Assembly: GCA_035504945.1 (NCBI GenBank)
Contig: DATJRH010000011.1
Location: 3,448 to 67,447, forward strand
DNA length: 64,000 nt
From: Candidatus Aquilonibacter sp.
GTDB lineage: Bacteria; Verrucomicrobiota; Verrucomicrobiia; Limisphaerales; UBA11358
Direction: 5' to 3'
Below the pieces are notes generated by a model. It had not been told where the DNA came from. It saw nothing but the letters and a program-made list of their open reading frames with translations, and searched no databases. Of this stretch, positions 49,141 through 58,574 are shown one piece after another. The translations under genes and the position numbers were made by a program. Numbering within the stretch: the first letter of the stretch is position 1; every line of letters begins with the position of its first letter.

Positions 49141-49766
49141 CTATTGCACCCGCGCGCTGACGGGCTGGCTCCAAGGTCCCTGGCCGTGGGCGTTGCTGGC
49201 GGCCACTCGGAACCAGCATTTGGCCCCGCTTTTCAGCCTGGTTACATCGCAGGTTTGTTTGACGCAGATGGCCGCCTGTTTCCAGCCAACCCGAGCCGCG
49301 CGGTCGGTGGTCGTCTGGATAATGAAGATGCAACGGCGGACGGGCCGTTTCCAGTGCAGCCGCACCCGGCCTTCGTAATCCGTGGAGATGACGCGCAACC
49401 GAGCGGGCGCGCCCCGGCACACCCACCGGCTGTTTGTCCTTCACCACCCCCAAGCCCGCCGCCAGCAGCGCCGCCGGTTCGCCCCCGGTGGGCAATCATC
49501 AGCCCGGTGGCGGCGGCGGTCGTGCGCTCGCGCATCGCGGACACCTTGTCCGCCCGACGGGCGAGTGCCGCCTTCAACGCGGTCTTCAACGATTCCACCT
49601 CCGCATGGGCTGCGACCGCCTCGGCCACACTGTCCGTCACAAGATTGGCAGCGATGTATTTCCGGTGCGCGGCGGGCAGCTTGGCGATGCCGGTCGCCAC
49701 GCGACGGCAGACGGCAATTTGTTCAAGAATCGTCTTGTTTCCGAAGCCGAGTTTGAAGCGTTTCAT
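49141..49766 (-). pseudogene. helical-N-terminus plus fibronectin-III protein gene with two frameshifts
   Basis: Three minus-strand frames join into MKRFKLGFGNKTILEQIAVCRRV...TTAAATGLMIA / GGEPAALLAAGLGVVKDKQPVGVP / APARLRVISTDYEGRVRLHWKRP...WFRVAASNAHGQGPWSQPVSARVQ*. The shifts lie near 49490 and 49415. Confidence 0.55.
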
Positions 49767-50379
49767 GGTTTTTTAACAATGTTGCGGACGGACATGGCCA
49801 ATTCTCCCGGCAAAACAACAAAGTCGGCAGGAATCCGGGGCAATTCCGCCCGGAAAGCGGTTAATTCCGTCAAAGAGTTGGTTAAATCGCATAAAAACCT
49901 GATTAACTCGCTTTCAGACTTAACCAAGTCATAGACCTTTTTTGGCAGTAATCAATTTTTATTTCCATCATTGTTTTGGAAAGAAGGAAGGTCCGAAAGA
50001 AACAAGCCAAGAAACTTGAGGGAAAAGCAAAGAAACCCCGGCAACAAGCAAAGAAAATCCGCCGATCAACCCAAGTCGCTCACGAACATTACAGGAAACC
50101 TTGCGGACAAGGGAAGAAAAGCCGCGAAAATTCCCCAGTCCGTCGCGTTCCTTCGGATGTCCGACGGCAACTATGGCATTAAAAATTGTTTATTGCCAAA
50201 GTTGAAGCCGGACTCTGTGGAAAATTCGCAGGATTTTTGGGGTGCGGATCCTCATGCTTGACGCAAAAGCGGGTTTAGCCGTTCTGAAATCCTTTTGCGC
50301 CTGCCGGGGTGCGTGGATTATTCTGCGTTATGGCCTGGCGCATGCGTCCTCCAGTTGACGGCGAATTTCAGGAGTGGAA

Positions 50380-50889
50380 ATGAACGACCGACAGGAAATT
50401 ATCCGGGTCACCGAGGCGGATTTGCCGGCCATTTCCTTGCTGGCCGATGTCATCTGGCGCGCATGTTATCCGGGCATCATCACGTCCGAGCAGATTGATT
50501 ACATGCTGGCGCGGATGTATGCGCTGGACACGATGCGCGATGAGATTCTATCGCAGGGAATCCGCTACGACCGGCTGCTCGCCAGCAGCGAGTTGGCTGG
50601 TTTCGCGGCCCATGGCCCGACGGAGCAAGAAATGGTCTTCAAGCTGCACAAAATTTATCTCCACCCGGATTGGCAGGGCCGTGGGCTGGGCAGCCGCTTG
50701 TTGCAACACTGCGAGCAGCAAGCCCGCGCTGCCGGAGCGCGCCGGCTGATTCTCTCCGTGAACAAACGCAACGTCAAAGCCATCGCCGCTTACCAGAGAA
50801 ACGGTTTTGTCATCGCCGAATCCGTCGTCAACGATATCGGGCACGGTTTCGTCATGGACGATTTTATCATGGCGAAGGAATTGGCGTAG
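50380..50889 (+). CDS. GNAT-family N-acetyltransferase
   Basis: IYLHPDWQGRGLGSRLLQHCEQQARAAGARRLILSVNKRNVKAIAAYQRNGF. AGGAG-N5-ATG supports the start at 50380. Confidence 0.8.
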   Translation: MNDRQEIIRVTEADLPAISLLADVIWRACYPGIITSEQIDYMLARMYALDTMRDEILSQGIRYDRLLASSELAGFAAHGPTEQEMVFKLHKIYLHPDWQGRGLGSRLLQHCEQQARAAGARRLILSVNKRNVKAIAAYQRNGFVIAESVVNDIGHGFVMDDFIMAKELA

Positions 50890-50893
50890 CCGC

Positions 50894-52366
50894 TCAAAGC
50901 GAACCGGCCACGCGGCGGAAATGGTAGCCCATGATGGCCAGCTCGATGGCGTGCGGAAACTGGCGCGGTCGCCGGATGAGCGTGCCCCAGAACAGCCGCC
51001 AATAACCCACGCGCCCCCGGTGCCACACACCCAGCACCCAGAGGGATTTCAGGAAGGCCTTGAAATCCGCGTGCGACAGCCGCAGCCTCGGCCCAGCCTG
51101 ACGGTGGTTCTTGAGAAACGTCCGGGTGCGCCGGTAATAATTTCCCGGCTCGTAAAGTTTCTTCACCAGTTCGCGGTAACCGGATTGCAGGAAGTCGCGG
51201 TTTAGTTTCGGCTTGAAGTTCAGCTCGGCGTCGGTGTTGTTGCCGGTGCTTTCGGTTTCCAGCCGGCCCTCGCGTTTCAGCCGCTGCCACAAGCGCGTCT
51301 GCGGCAGGGCGGTCAGCAATCCCACCATCGCCGTCGCCACGCCGGAGCGCTGGATGAATTCAAACTGCCGCTTGAAGATGTCGCTCTTGTCGCTGTCGAA
51401 GCCGACGATGAATCCGGCCATGACCTCCAGCCCGGCGCGTTGCAGCGTCTGCACGGCGGCCACAAGGTCGCGGTTCCGGTTCTGGAGCTTGTGGCATTCT
51501 TCCAGCGCCTCGACCGACGGCGTCTCGATGCCGACGAAAACTTTTTTGAACCCGGCCTCGACCATCAGCGCGCACAATTCCGGGTCGTCGGCCAGGTTGA
51601 CGGACGCCTCGGTGAGAAAACCGAAGCCGGGCCGCACGTGCCGCCGCCATTCGATCAATTCGCGCAGCAGCGCCTTCGTCCGCTGTTTGTTGCCGATGAA
51701 ATTATCGTCCACGATGAAGACCATGTCCTTCCATCCGCGCTGGCGCAGCGCGTCCAGCTCGGCAATCAATTGCGCCGGCGTTTTCGTACGGGGCACGCGC
51801 CCGTTCATCACGATGATGTCGCAAAACTCGCAATCGAATGGACAGCCGCGCGAAAATTGCACGGACATGGTGACGTAATGCCGGAAATTGAGGAGGTCCC
51901 AGCGCGGCGCCGGCGTGTCAGCGATGTTCGGTCGGTTCACGGCGTGATAAACGGGCTGCAGCCGGCCGTTCCGCATGTCCTCCACGACCTGTGGCATTAC
52001 TTCCTCGGCCTCGCCGAGAACGAAATGTTGAATTTCGGGAAAGGCTTCGTGACCGGTGGTGAACAGCGGCCCGCCGGCGATGACGGTTTTCTTCAGCGCT
52101 ATGCAACGCTTCATGATTTCGTGGACGGATTCCTTTTGCACGAGCATCGCACCGATCAGCACGTAATCCGCCCAGCGCAGGTCTTCGTCCTTGAGCCGCG
52201 AGACATTCAGGTCCACCAGCTTGAGTTGCCAGTCCGGCGGCAGCATCGCCGCCACCGTCAACAAGCCCAACGGCGCCATGGACGCCTTGCGGGAAACAAA
52301 TCGCACAACGTGCTTGAAGCTCCAAAACGTGTCGGGCGTCTGCGGACTGACGAGAAGTATTTTCAT
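50894..52366 (-). CDS. B12-binding domain-containing radical SAM protein
   Basis: N-terminal B12-binding-like domain (MKILLVSPQ...), FSRGCPFDCEFCDI CxxxCxxC cluster motif, long C-terminal extension. ATG at 52366. Confidence 0.8.
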   Translation of the reverse strand: MKILLVSPQTPDTFWSFKHVVRFVSRKASMAPLGLLTVAAMLPPDWQLKLVDLNVSRLKDEDLRWADYVLIGAMLVQKESVHEIMKRCIALKKTVIAGGPLFTTGHEAFPEIQHFVLGEAEEVMPQVVEDMRNGRLQPVYHAVNRPNIADTPAPRWDLLNFRHYVTMSVQFSRGCPFDCEFCDIIVMNGRVPRTKTPAQLIAELDALRQRGWKDMVFIVDDNFIGNKQRTKALLRELIEWRRHVRPGFGFLTEASVNLADDPELCALMVEAGFKKVFVGIETPSVEALEECHKLQNRNRDLVAAVQTLQRAGLEVMAGFIVGFDSDKSDIFKRQFEFIQRSGVATAMVGLLTALPQTRLWQRLKREGRLETESTGNNTDAELNFKPKLNRDFLQSGYRELVKKLYEPGNYYRRTRTFLKNHRQAGPRLRLSHADFKAFLKSLWVLGVWHRGRVGYWRLFWGTLIRRPRQFPHAIELAIMGYHFRRVAGSL

Positions 52367-52480
52367 GACGAATTTGAAATTGTGAAAATCGAACAACCCA
52401 ATCTAGTCCTTCCATAAATTTCCGCGAACTAAATCTCGGATAATCCGAATCGCGCCGCCAAACCTTTTCGGGCGCGGGAA

Positions 52481-53233
52481 TTATTTGATTTCGATGCCGA
52501 CGGGACAATGGTCGCTGCCCAAAACGTCGGGCTGGATAAAAGCACGCTCGAGACGTGGCCGTAGCGCTTTTGAAATCAGGAAGTAATCAATGCGCCAGCC
52601 GACATTGCGGGAGCGCGCGCCACCCATCACGCTCCACCAACTGTAATGTCCCCCGCCCTTTTCGAATTCGCGGAAGGTGTCGAGGAAACCGGCGTTCACA
52701 AATGCCGTGAAGCCATTGCGCTCCTCAATCGTGAAGCCGTGGTTGTGAATGTTCGCGCGCGGATTGGCGAGGTCAATTTCCGTATGCGCCACGTTGAGGT
52801 CACCGCAAAAGACTACCGGCTTTTTCTTCTCCAGCTTTTTCAGGTAAGCCAGAAAATCGCGGTCCCATTTCTGGCGGTAAGTGAGCCGCGACAAATCGCG
52901 CTTGGAATTCGGCACATAAACGTTCACGAGAGAGAAATCTTCATACTCGGCGGCCAGCACGCGGCCTTCCCTGTCGTGCTCGGCGATGTCAATGTGCGGT
53001 GTAACTTTTAGCGGCCGTGTCTTCGTGAAAATCGCCGTGCCGGAATAACCCTTTTTTTCCGCGCAATTCCAATAAGTCGAATAATGCCGCGGCCAGAGCT
53101 GTTCCACGTCGTCGGGTGTGCATTTGGTTTCCTGAAGACAAAGCACATCGGGTTGCTCCGCGTCGAGAAATTCCAGAAAGCTTTTCTTCAGCACGGCGCG
53201 CAGGCCGTTGACGTTCCAGGAAATCAGTTTCAC
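52481..53233 (-). CDS. xth: exodeoxyribonuclease III
   Basis: MKLISWNVNGLRA, LCLQETK, GDLNVAH, SDHCPV. GTG start. Confidence 0.9.
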   Translation of the reverse strand: MKLISWNVNGLRAVLKKSFLEFLDAEQPDVLCLQETKCTPDDVEQLWPRHYSTYWNCAEKKGYSGTAIFTKTRPLKVTPHIDIAEHDREGRVLAAEYEDFSLVNVYVPNSKRDLSRLTYRQKWDRDFLAYLKKLEKKKPVVFCGDLNVAHTEIDLANPRANIHNHGFTIEERNGFTAFVNAGFLDTFREFEKGGGHYSWWSVMGGARSRNVGWRIDYFLISKALRPRLERAFIQPDVLGSDHCPVGIEIK

Positions 53234-53281
53234 GGCACAAGATTATAAAAACCCACAAATGAACACGAATGATTTGATTGC
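53234..53281 (-). promoter_or_regulatory. TATAAT-N8-GTG promoter of xth, preceded by decamer repeats
   Basis: Minus strand reads CATTCGTGTT CATTTGTGGG TTTT TATAAT CTTGTGCC GTG. The TATAAT corresponds to 53242-53247. Confidence 0.5.
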
Positions 53282-53316
53282 AAGGACGCAAGCGTCTAAC
53301 TTGTTGGGAATCGAAA

Positions 53317-53700
53317 ATGATTGCCAACATTGCCAGCAAACCAGCGACCGCGCCAAATTTTCGGGTGGGTGACGAGCGGCTCGTCAAACTCACGGCAAAC
53401 GCCGCGCAAAAAGTGTCGTCGCTGCTGACCAAGCAGGGCCGCCCGAACGGCGTGCTGCGTGTGTCCGTCATCGGCGGCGGTTGCTCCGGCTTGCAATACA
53501 AGATGGATTTGCAGGACGGCCCGGCGAATCGTGACATTCTTGTCGAGAGCGGCGGCGTGCGCGTGGTGGTTGATCCCAAGAGCGCGCTTTACGTCACCGG
53601 CAGCGAACTCGATTATATCGGCGCGCTCGATGGTGGCTTCAAGGTGAAAAACCCAAACGCCGCGACGACCTGTTCCTGCGGCGAAAGTTTCAGTGCGTGA
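53317..53700 (+). CDS. HesB/IscA/ErpA-family iron-sulfur cluster insertion protein
   Basis: GGGCSGLQY and C-terminal CSCGESFSA cysteine ligands. Confidence 0.85.
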   Translation: MIANIASKPATAPNFRVGDERLVKLTANAAQKVSSLLTKQGRPNGVLRVSVIGGGCSGLQYKMDLQDGPANRDILVESGGVRVVVDPKSALYVTGSELDYIGALDGGFKVKNPNAATTCSCGESFSA

Positions 53701-54302
53701 CCGATTATTTTGCCCTGCTCGATGAACCGCGTCGTCCGTGGCTCGACGCGGATTTACTCAAGCAAAAATTTCTCGCACTTTCGACGAGTCTTCATCCGGA
53801 CAAAATTCATGCCGTGGACAATTCACAAAAAACTGCGGCGGCGAAAACATTTGCGGAACTGAATGCCGCTTATAATTGTCTTGCCGAGCCGAAGCTGCGG
53901 CTGCTGCATTTGCTGGAACTCGAACTGGGCGCGAAGCCGAAGGAAATCCAGCAGATTCCGCCCGCGCTGGCCGATTTGTTCGCCGAAGTCGCGGTGAATT
54001 GCCGGAATGCCGACGCCTTTCTTGCGGAAAAAGGCCAGGCGACCTCGCCGCTGCTGCAAGTGCAATTGTTCGAGCGAGGACAGGACTGGGTTGAAAAACT
54101 AAATAGTTTGCAAAAAAAACTGAATGAGTTGCGCGGCCAATTGACCGGCGAATTAAAATCGCTCGATGAAAAATGGATGGCCGCCGGCGACGATTCGCGC
54201 GAGGAAATTTTGCGAAAGCTGGAGGAACTTTACCGGCTGTTCGGCTACTTCAACCGCTGGAACAGCCAGATTCAGGAGCGCGTCGTTCAACTCTCGCTCT
54301 GA
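53697..54302 (+). CDS. hscB: Fe-S cluster co-chaperone HscB-like (J-domain protein)
   Basis: DYFALLDEPRRPWLDADLLKQKFLALSTSLHPDK (J domain with HPD), helical C-terminal domain. GTG start overlaps the upstream stop. Confidence 0.7.
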   Translation: MTDYFALLDEPRRPWLDADLLKQKFLALSTSLHPDKIHAVDNSQKTAAAKTFAELNAAYNCLAEPKLRLLHLLELELGAKPKEIQQIPPALADLFAEVAVNCRNADAFLAEKGQATSPLLQVQLFERGQDWVEKLNSLQKKLNELRGQLTGELKSLDEKWMAAGDDSREEILRKLEELYRLFGYFNRWNSQIQERVVQLSL

Positions 54303-56539
54303 AACACGCTCACGCTCAAAGGCGGCAGATAAAATTCCGCCGAGTTTTGCTGGCTGTGGCACGGAACATTTTCCGCCGTGACGCCACCCAAATTTCCCTT
54401 GTTGCCGCCGCAATAAATCCCGGCGTCGCTGTTCAACATTTCGCGCCACTTGCCGGCGCGCGGCAGGCCAAGACGGTATTTTTCGCGCGGCACGGGTGTG
54501 AGATTCAAAATAACGGCGAGCTGACTCGTAAAATCAGAATTTTGCCGGACAAATGAGAGCACACTGTTCTCAGTGTCGTTGCAATCAATCCAAAAAAATC
54601 CGGCGTGATCGTAATCCGCCTGCCACAACGCAGGTGATTTGGTGTAAAGCCGGTTCAAATCCTCGACAAATTTTTGCAAGCCACGATGAAACGGTCCGGC
54701 GTCAAGCAGCCACCAGTCGAGTTGCGCGTTTTCGTTCCATTCGACGCTCTGGCCGAATTCGCCGCCCATAAACAGTAATTTTTTTCCGGGGAAAAGCCAT
54801 TGGTAGCCGAGCAGCGCGCGCAGGTTCGCAAATTTCTGCCAGTCGTCGCCGGGCATCCGGCCAATCAATGAACGTTTGCCGTGGACGACTTCGTCGTGCG
54901 AGAGTGGCAGAATGAAATTCTCGTGATGGTGGTAGAGCATCGCGAAGGTGAGGTCGTTCTGATGATATTTGCGGTGAACCGGTTCATGCTGGAAATAGCC
55001 GAGCGTGTCGTGCATCCAGCCCATGTTCCATTTAAACGAAAAGCCAAGCCCGCCGAGATGCGGCGGGCGTGTGACGAGCGGCCAAGCGGTGGATTCCTCG
55101 GCGATGGTCACGATGCCGGGAAATTCCGAGTGCGCGATGTGGTTAAATTTTTTTAGAAATTCAATCGCCTCGAGATTTTCGCGCCCGCCGTATTGGTTTG
55201 GAATCCACTCGCCGGGTTTGCGCGAGTAATCGAGGTAGAGCATCGAGGCGACGGCATCCACGCGCAGGCCATCAATGTGAAACCGGTCGCACCAGAACAG
55301 CGCGTTGGCGACGAGAAAATTGTTCACCTCGTTGCGGCCAAAATTGAAAATCAGCGTGCCCCAATCTTGATGTGCGCCCTTCCGTGGGTCCTCATGCTCA
55401 AACAGCGCCGTGCCGTCGAATTTGGCGAGCGCCCACTCGTCGCGCGGAAAATGCGCCGGCACCCAATCCACGATGACGCCGATGCCGGCCTCGTGCAGCG
55501 CATTGACGAGAAATTGGAAATCGTCCGGCGTGCCGAAGCGGCTGGTCGGCGCATAAAAGCCGGTAACTTGATAACCCCACGACGGATAAAAGGCGTGCTC
55601 GGCCACGGGCAGAAATTCGACATGCGTGAAACCCATCCGCTTGACGTAAAGCACGAGCGGCTCGGCAAGTTCGCGGTAGCTCCAGGATTCCGTCGCGGAT
55701 TTTTTTTGCCACGAGCCGGCGTGGACTTCATAAATGCTCATTGGCGAGCGCAGGGCGTCGCGTTCGCGACGTTTTTTCAGCCAGGCAGCATCGCTCCATT
55801 TGAATTTTTTGGTGTCCCAAACGATGGCGGCATTTTTCGGCGGGACTTCAAAGAAAAATCCGAACGGGTCGGTGTTGAGCTTGATGTTTCCGTGCGCGTC
55901 GCGGATTTCAAATTTATAATGCGCGCCCTGCCCCACGCCGGGAACAAAAATTTCCCAGACGCCGGACGCGCCGAGCAGCCGCAGGGGATGAAAACGGCCA
56001 TCCCAATTATTGAAATCGCCGACGACGCTGACGCGCTGCGCGTTCGGCGCCCAGACGGCAAAGCTCGCACCGGGAACGCCGTCAATGATCCGCAAATGCG
56101 CGCCGAGCTTGTCGTAGATTTTCCGTTCGTCGCCCTTGCCGAAGAGGAACAAATCGGACTCACCGAGCGTCGGCAGAAAAGAGAACGCATCGCGCGTGCG
56201 GCGCACACGGCCTTGATGATCGGTGATGACCAGGTCATAGGCGTAAACCTTGTTTGCGGATTTGGTGACGCCTTCAAATACATCGGTGTCGGGAATCCGC
56301 TTCAGTTCGAGTTTTGGTTTGTCTTTTTCGTGAGTGGGCTGGATTTCAACTTTGGCGGCGTCGGGAAGAAGCGCGCGGACGACGAGACCGGATTTATCGC
56401 CGAGCGGGTGCATGCCGAGCAGCGTGTGGGGTGATTGATGGATCAACTCAACCAAGCTGTGTAGTTCTTCGCGCGAAAGAATCATTGCGGCGAGGATAGC
56501 AACCACGGGCGAAAGCAGCGATATAATTTCAAATGACAT
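54287..56539 (-). CDS. glgB: 1,4-alpha-glucan branching enzyme
   Basis: FAVWAPNAQRVSVVGDFNNWDG, GIGVIVDWVPAHF, HIDGLRVDAVASMLY, AEESTAWP, LSHDEVVHGK. Start is ATG 56539 or 56485. The track extension to 56797 is rejected. Confidence 0.9.
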   Translation of the reverse strand: MSFEIISLLSPVVAILAAMILSREELHSLVELIHQSPHTLLGMHPLGDKSGLVVRALLPDAAKVEIQPTHEKDKPKLELKRIPDTDVFEGVTKSANKVYAYDLVITDHQGRVRRTRDAFSFLPTLGESDLFLFGKGDERKIYDKLGAHLRIIDGVPGASFAVWAPNAQRVSVVGDFNNWDGRFHPLRLLGASGVWEIFVPGVGQGAHYKFEIRDAHGNIKLNTDPFGFFFEVPPKNAAIVWDTKKFKWSDAAWLKKRRERDALRSPMSIYEVHAGSWQKKSATESWSYRELAEPLVLYVKRMGFTHVEFLPVAEHAFYPSWGYQVTGFYAPTSRFGTPDDFQFLVNALHEAGIGVIVDWVPAHFPRDEWALAKFDGTALFEHEDPRKGAHQDWGTLIFNFGRNEVNNFLVANALFWCDRFHIDGLRVDAVASMLYLDYSRKPGEWIPNQYGGRENLEAIEFLKKFNHIAHSEFPGIVTIAEESTAWPLVTRPPHLGGLGFSFKWNMGWMHDTLGYFQHEPVHRKYHQNDLTFAMLYHHHENFILPLSHDEVVHGKRSLIGRMPGDDWQKFANLRALLGYQWLFPGKKLLFMGGEFGQSVEWNENAQLDWWLLDAGPFHRGLQKFVEDLNRLYTKSPALWQADYDHAGFFWIDCNDTENSVLSFVRQNSDFTSQLAVILNLTPVPREKYRLGLPRAGKWREMLNSDAGIYCGGNKGNLGGVTAENVPCHSQQNSAEFYLPPLSVSVFQSES

Positions 56540-57347
56540 AATCGTGGACGCCGGCGAACGGCGCGTGGCCGTTTGAAAAATTGGTTGGATTAGCTTGGAT
56601 TGGGTCGGATTTAGTTGGACTGGGTTTGGTTTCAGCCGGTGCATCCGGTCCGCGATTGTCCATCCGCGCCCAATCGGGCATGGACAAGCCATGCTGAACT
56701 CGAACGAGCCAATCGGCCCATTTTTTGCCGTATTCGCCGCCGCCAAGGGTCTCCGCCAGCAAACTCTTTTCGTGTATCGCAAAGAACCTATCGACACGGC
56801 TTTTTATTTCTTCCTTTTCCCTACGCTTGTCCGCCTCCTCGTCCTCATCTGCCATTTGCCGGTTCCAACGCTCGCGTTTGATCAACGTTCGCACGGCACG
56901 GTGGCCGTCGCACTGCAATTGGGACAATTTCGGGAGCACTTCGTAAATAATTTTGCAGCGTTTTTCCGTATCGGTCTCCTTTTTCAAACGTGCGCTGGTC
57001 ACGCATATAAGTTCCGCCGCGATCACACTGGCAAAACGGTCGCTGATTTCCATGCCATCAGCCGCCTCGTCCAAATCTTCAGCCTGCTCGGTCAGATTGC
57101 TCACGAGAAGCCGCGTTTCCTGCTGCTGCAACCACTCCGGATAACCGCGCTGCTTCCATTCGGAAAGATTCTGTTCGGTGATGGGACGTCCCTCAAACTG
57201 CTCTTGCAATAAATGCAGCGCGTCCGGTTCGCAATTGAGCCATTTCACCAGTTCCCTGCCCGGTTCACCGTCCTCGATGCGGCGATTCAACTGGTCGCGG
57301 ATGTATTTGGGCAAGCGTCCGATTTTGCCGACGTGAGTGGTGCTCAT
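56529..57347 (-). CDS. hypothetical protein with N-terminal RLPKYIRDQLNRRIEDGE (possibly DNA-binding) and a coiled-coil, charged middle
   Basis: ATG 57347 lies 8 nt after the KTSC gene. The C-terminal ~30 aa read through a 10-bp tandem repeat and may not be genuine protein. Confidence 0.55.
   Translation of the reverse strand: MSTTHVGKIGRLPKYIRDQLNRRIEDGEPGRELVKWLNCEPDALHLLQEQFEGRPITEQNLSEWKQRGYPEWLQQQETRLLVSNLTEQAEDLDEAADGMEISDRFASVIAAELICVTSARLKKETDTEKRCKIIYEVLPKLSQLQCDGHRAVRTLIKRERWNRQMADEDEEADKRREKEEIKSRVDRFFAIHEKSLLAETLGGGEYGKKWADWLVRVQHGLSMPDWARMDNRGPDAPAETKPSPTKSDPIQANPTNFSNGHAPFAGVHDYVI
56581..56630. repeat. 5 x 10-bp tandem repeat upstream of glgB
   Basis: TTGGTTGGAT TAGCTTGGAT TGGGTCGGAT TTAGTTGGAC TGGGTTTGGT. 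Confidence 0.75.
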
Positions 57348-57354
57348 AATTTTG

Positions 57355-57546
57355 TCAATGGTAGCGACCGCGAATATGCTGGTTGTAATACGACCCCATG
57401 GACGAAGCATTCATGAATTCCCGATAGACCGTTGGCGGCACGCCGGGATGGTCGTAAATGCGGCCGGTGTGGAATTCGACGGTGAGCGTGTAGCCATCGT
57501 AGCCAACGGCGCGAATCGAACTTGAATTTACGGGCATCATGCTCAT
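57355..57546 (-). CDS. KTSC domain-containing small protein
   Basis: VNSSSIRAVGYDGYTLTVEFHTGRIYDHPGVPPTVYREFMNASSMGSYYNQHIRGRY fits the KTSC pattern. TTTAAT-N8-ATG lies upstream. Confidence 0.7.
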   Translation of the reverse strand: MSMMPVNSSSIRAVGYDGYTLTVEFHTGRIYDHPGVPPTVYREFMNASSMGSYYNQHIRGRYH

Positions 57547-57713
57547 ATTGCGCGATTAAAGCACAATTCCTCCATTTTTAATTGGCGACCATCGCGGATT
57601 ATTTCATTTCCAAATGCAAGTTGTTGCAACGGAACGAAATAAAAACGCATTATTTCGAATTCATGGGCAAAAATTCGATTGCGACCCGAGTCGGAAGATG
57701 TGTTTGGAGAGTT

Positions 57714-58574
57714 TTACAACTCCAACGCTTTTTGTTCGTGCTGTTTCCTTTTTGATTCCGGGGCTTTTTTGAAGGTTTCGTCCAAGGCGGCGACGGTGGA
57801 CGGGCGTTCGATGCCTTTGCCGTCCATCAATTCTTTCACGGTGCGGAGCTGGAGGCGCGGGTATTTCTGCCGGTTCAGCTTGTGCTCGTAGAATCCGGCG
57901 CTGGCGGCCTCGGCCTGCATCTCGCGCGTGGGTGGTTGCAGGGAAATCAGAACGCCGATGGCGGCTTGCTCGCGGTCCAGCACGCCGCGCAAATCCCGCA
58001 CGTCCTTCACGCCGGTCTTGCCGCCCTTGACCTGGATGATGATTTGCTCCGGCTTGGCCACGGTGAGGTCGTCGCGGAAAAGGATTTTGCCGTCAATACC
58101 GTGGTCCGCGCCTTTCTTCTGCTCGACGGGGCGCGCGCCGACGAGGCCGAGCGCCCACCATTGGAACTGATATTTGTCATCCTCGGCGAGTTGCGCGGCT
58201 TCGTTGGGCGTGGTGGGTTCGCCGATGATGCGGACGGTCGAAGTTCGACTTCCCATTTCGGTAGGAGTCGAGGTAACGAGACTCTGACTATTTTCGGGCC
58301 GAGAAGTTTGAGCCTCCTCACGTCGGCTCCTACTGGATTCAGAAAGAGAACCGCTCACGAATTTCAGGCGGCTGCCGTAGGCGTCTTGCAGGCGGTTTTT
58401 GATGAGGGAAATGGCCAGTTGCGTCACGTCAATGCCAATCCAGTCGCGGCCGAGTTTTTCGGCGGCGTCAATCGTCGTGCCGCAGCCGCAGAACGGGTCG
58501 AGAACCACGTCGCCGGGATTGGAACTTTGCTTGATGATGCGTTCCAAAAGCGTTCCTGTTCTTAATTGCTCCAT
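57714..58574 (-). pseudogene. C-terminal part of a methyltransferase-Mrr fusion (locus B): motif I region plus nuclease domain
   Basis: Begins at ...LLERIIKQSSNPGDVVLDPFCGCGTTIDAAEKLGRDWIGID (motif I), then GADHGIDGKILF...IIIQVKGGKTGVKDVRDLRGV (Mrr-like). It lacks motif IV, which lies in the 60522..60908 fragment. Confidence 0.65.

Noticed and set aside
49971-50261. Lys/Arg/Asn-rich 96-aa ORF (and the overlapping 49976..50182 ORF)
   Set aside because: Translation of a purine-rich low-complexity stretch. No start context and no domain.
54287-56797. 836-aa version of the glgB ORF
   Set aside because: The upstream ~86 aa read through the 10-bp tandem repeat and overlap the 3' end of 56529..57347. 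GlgB similarity begins near 56485-56539.
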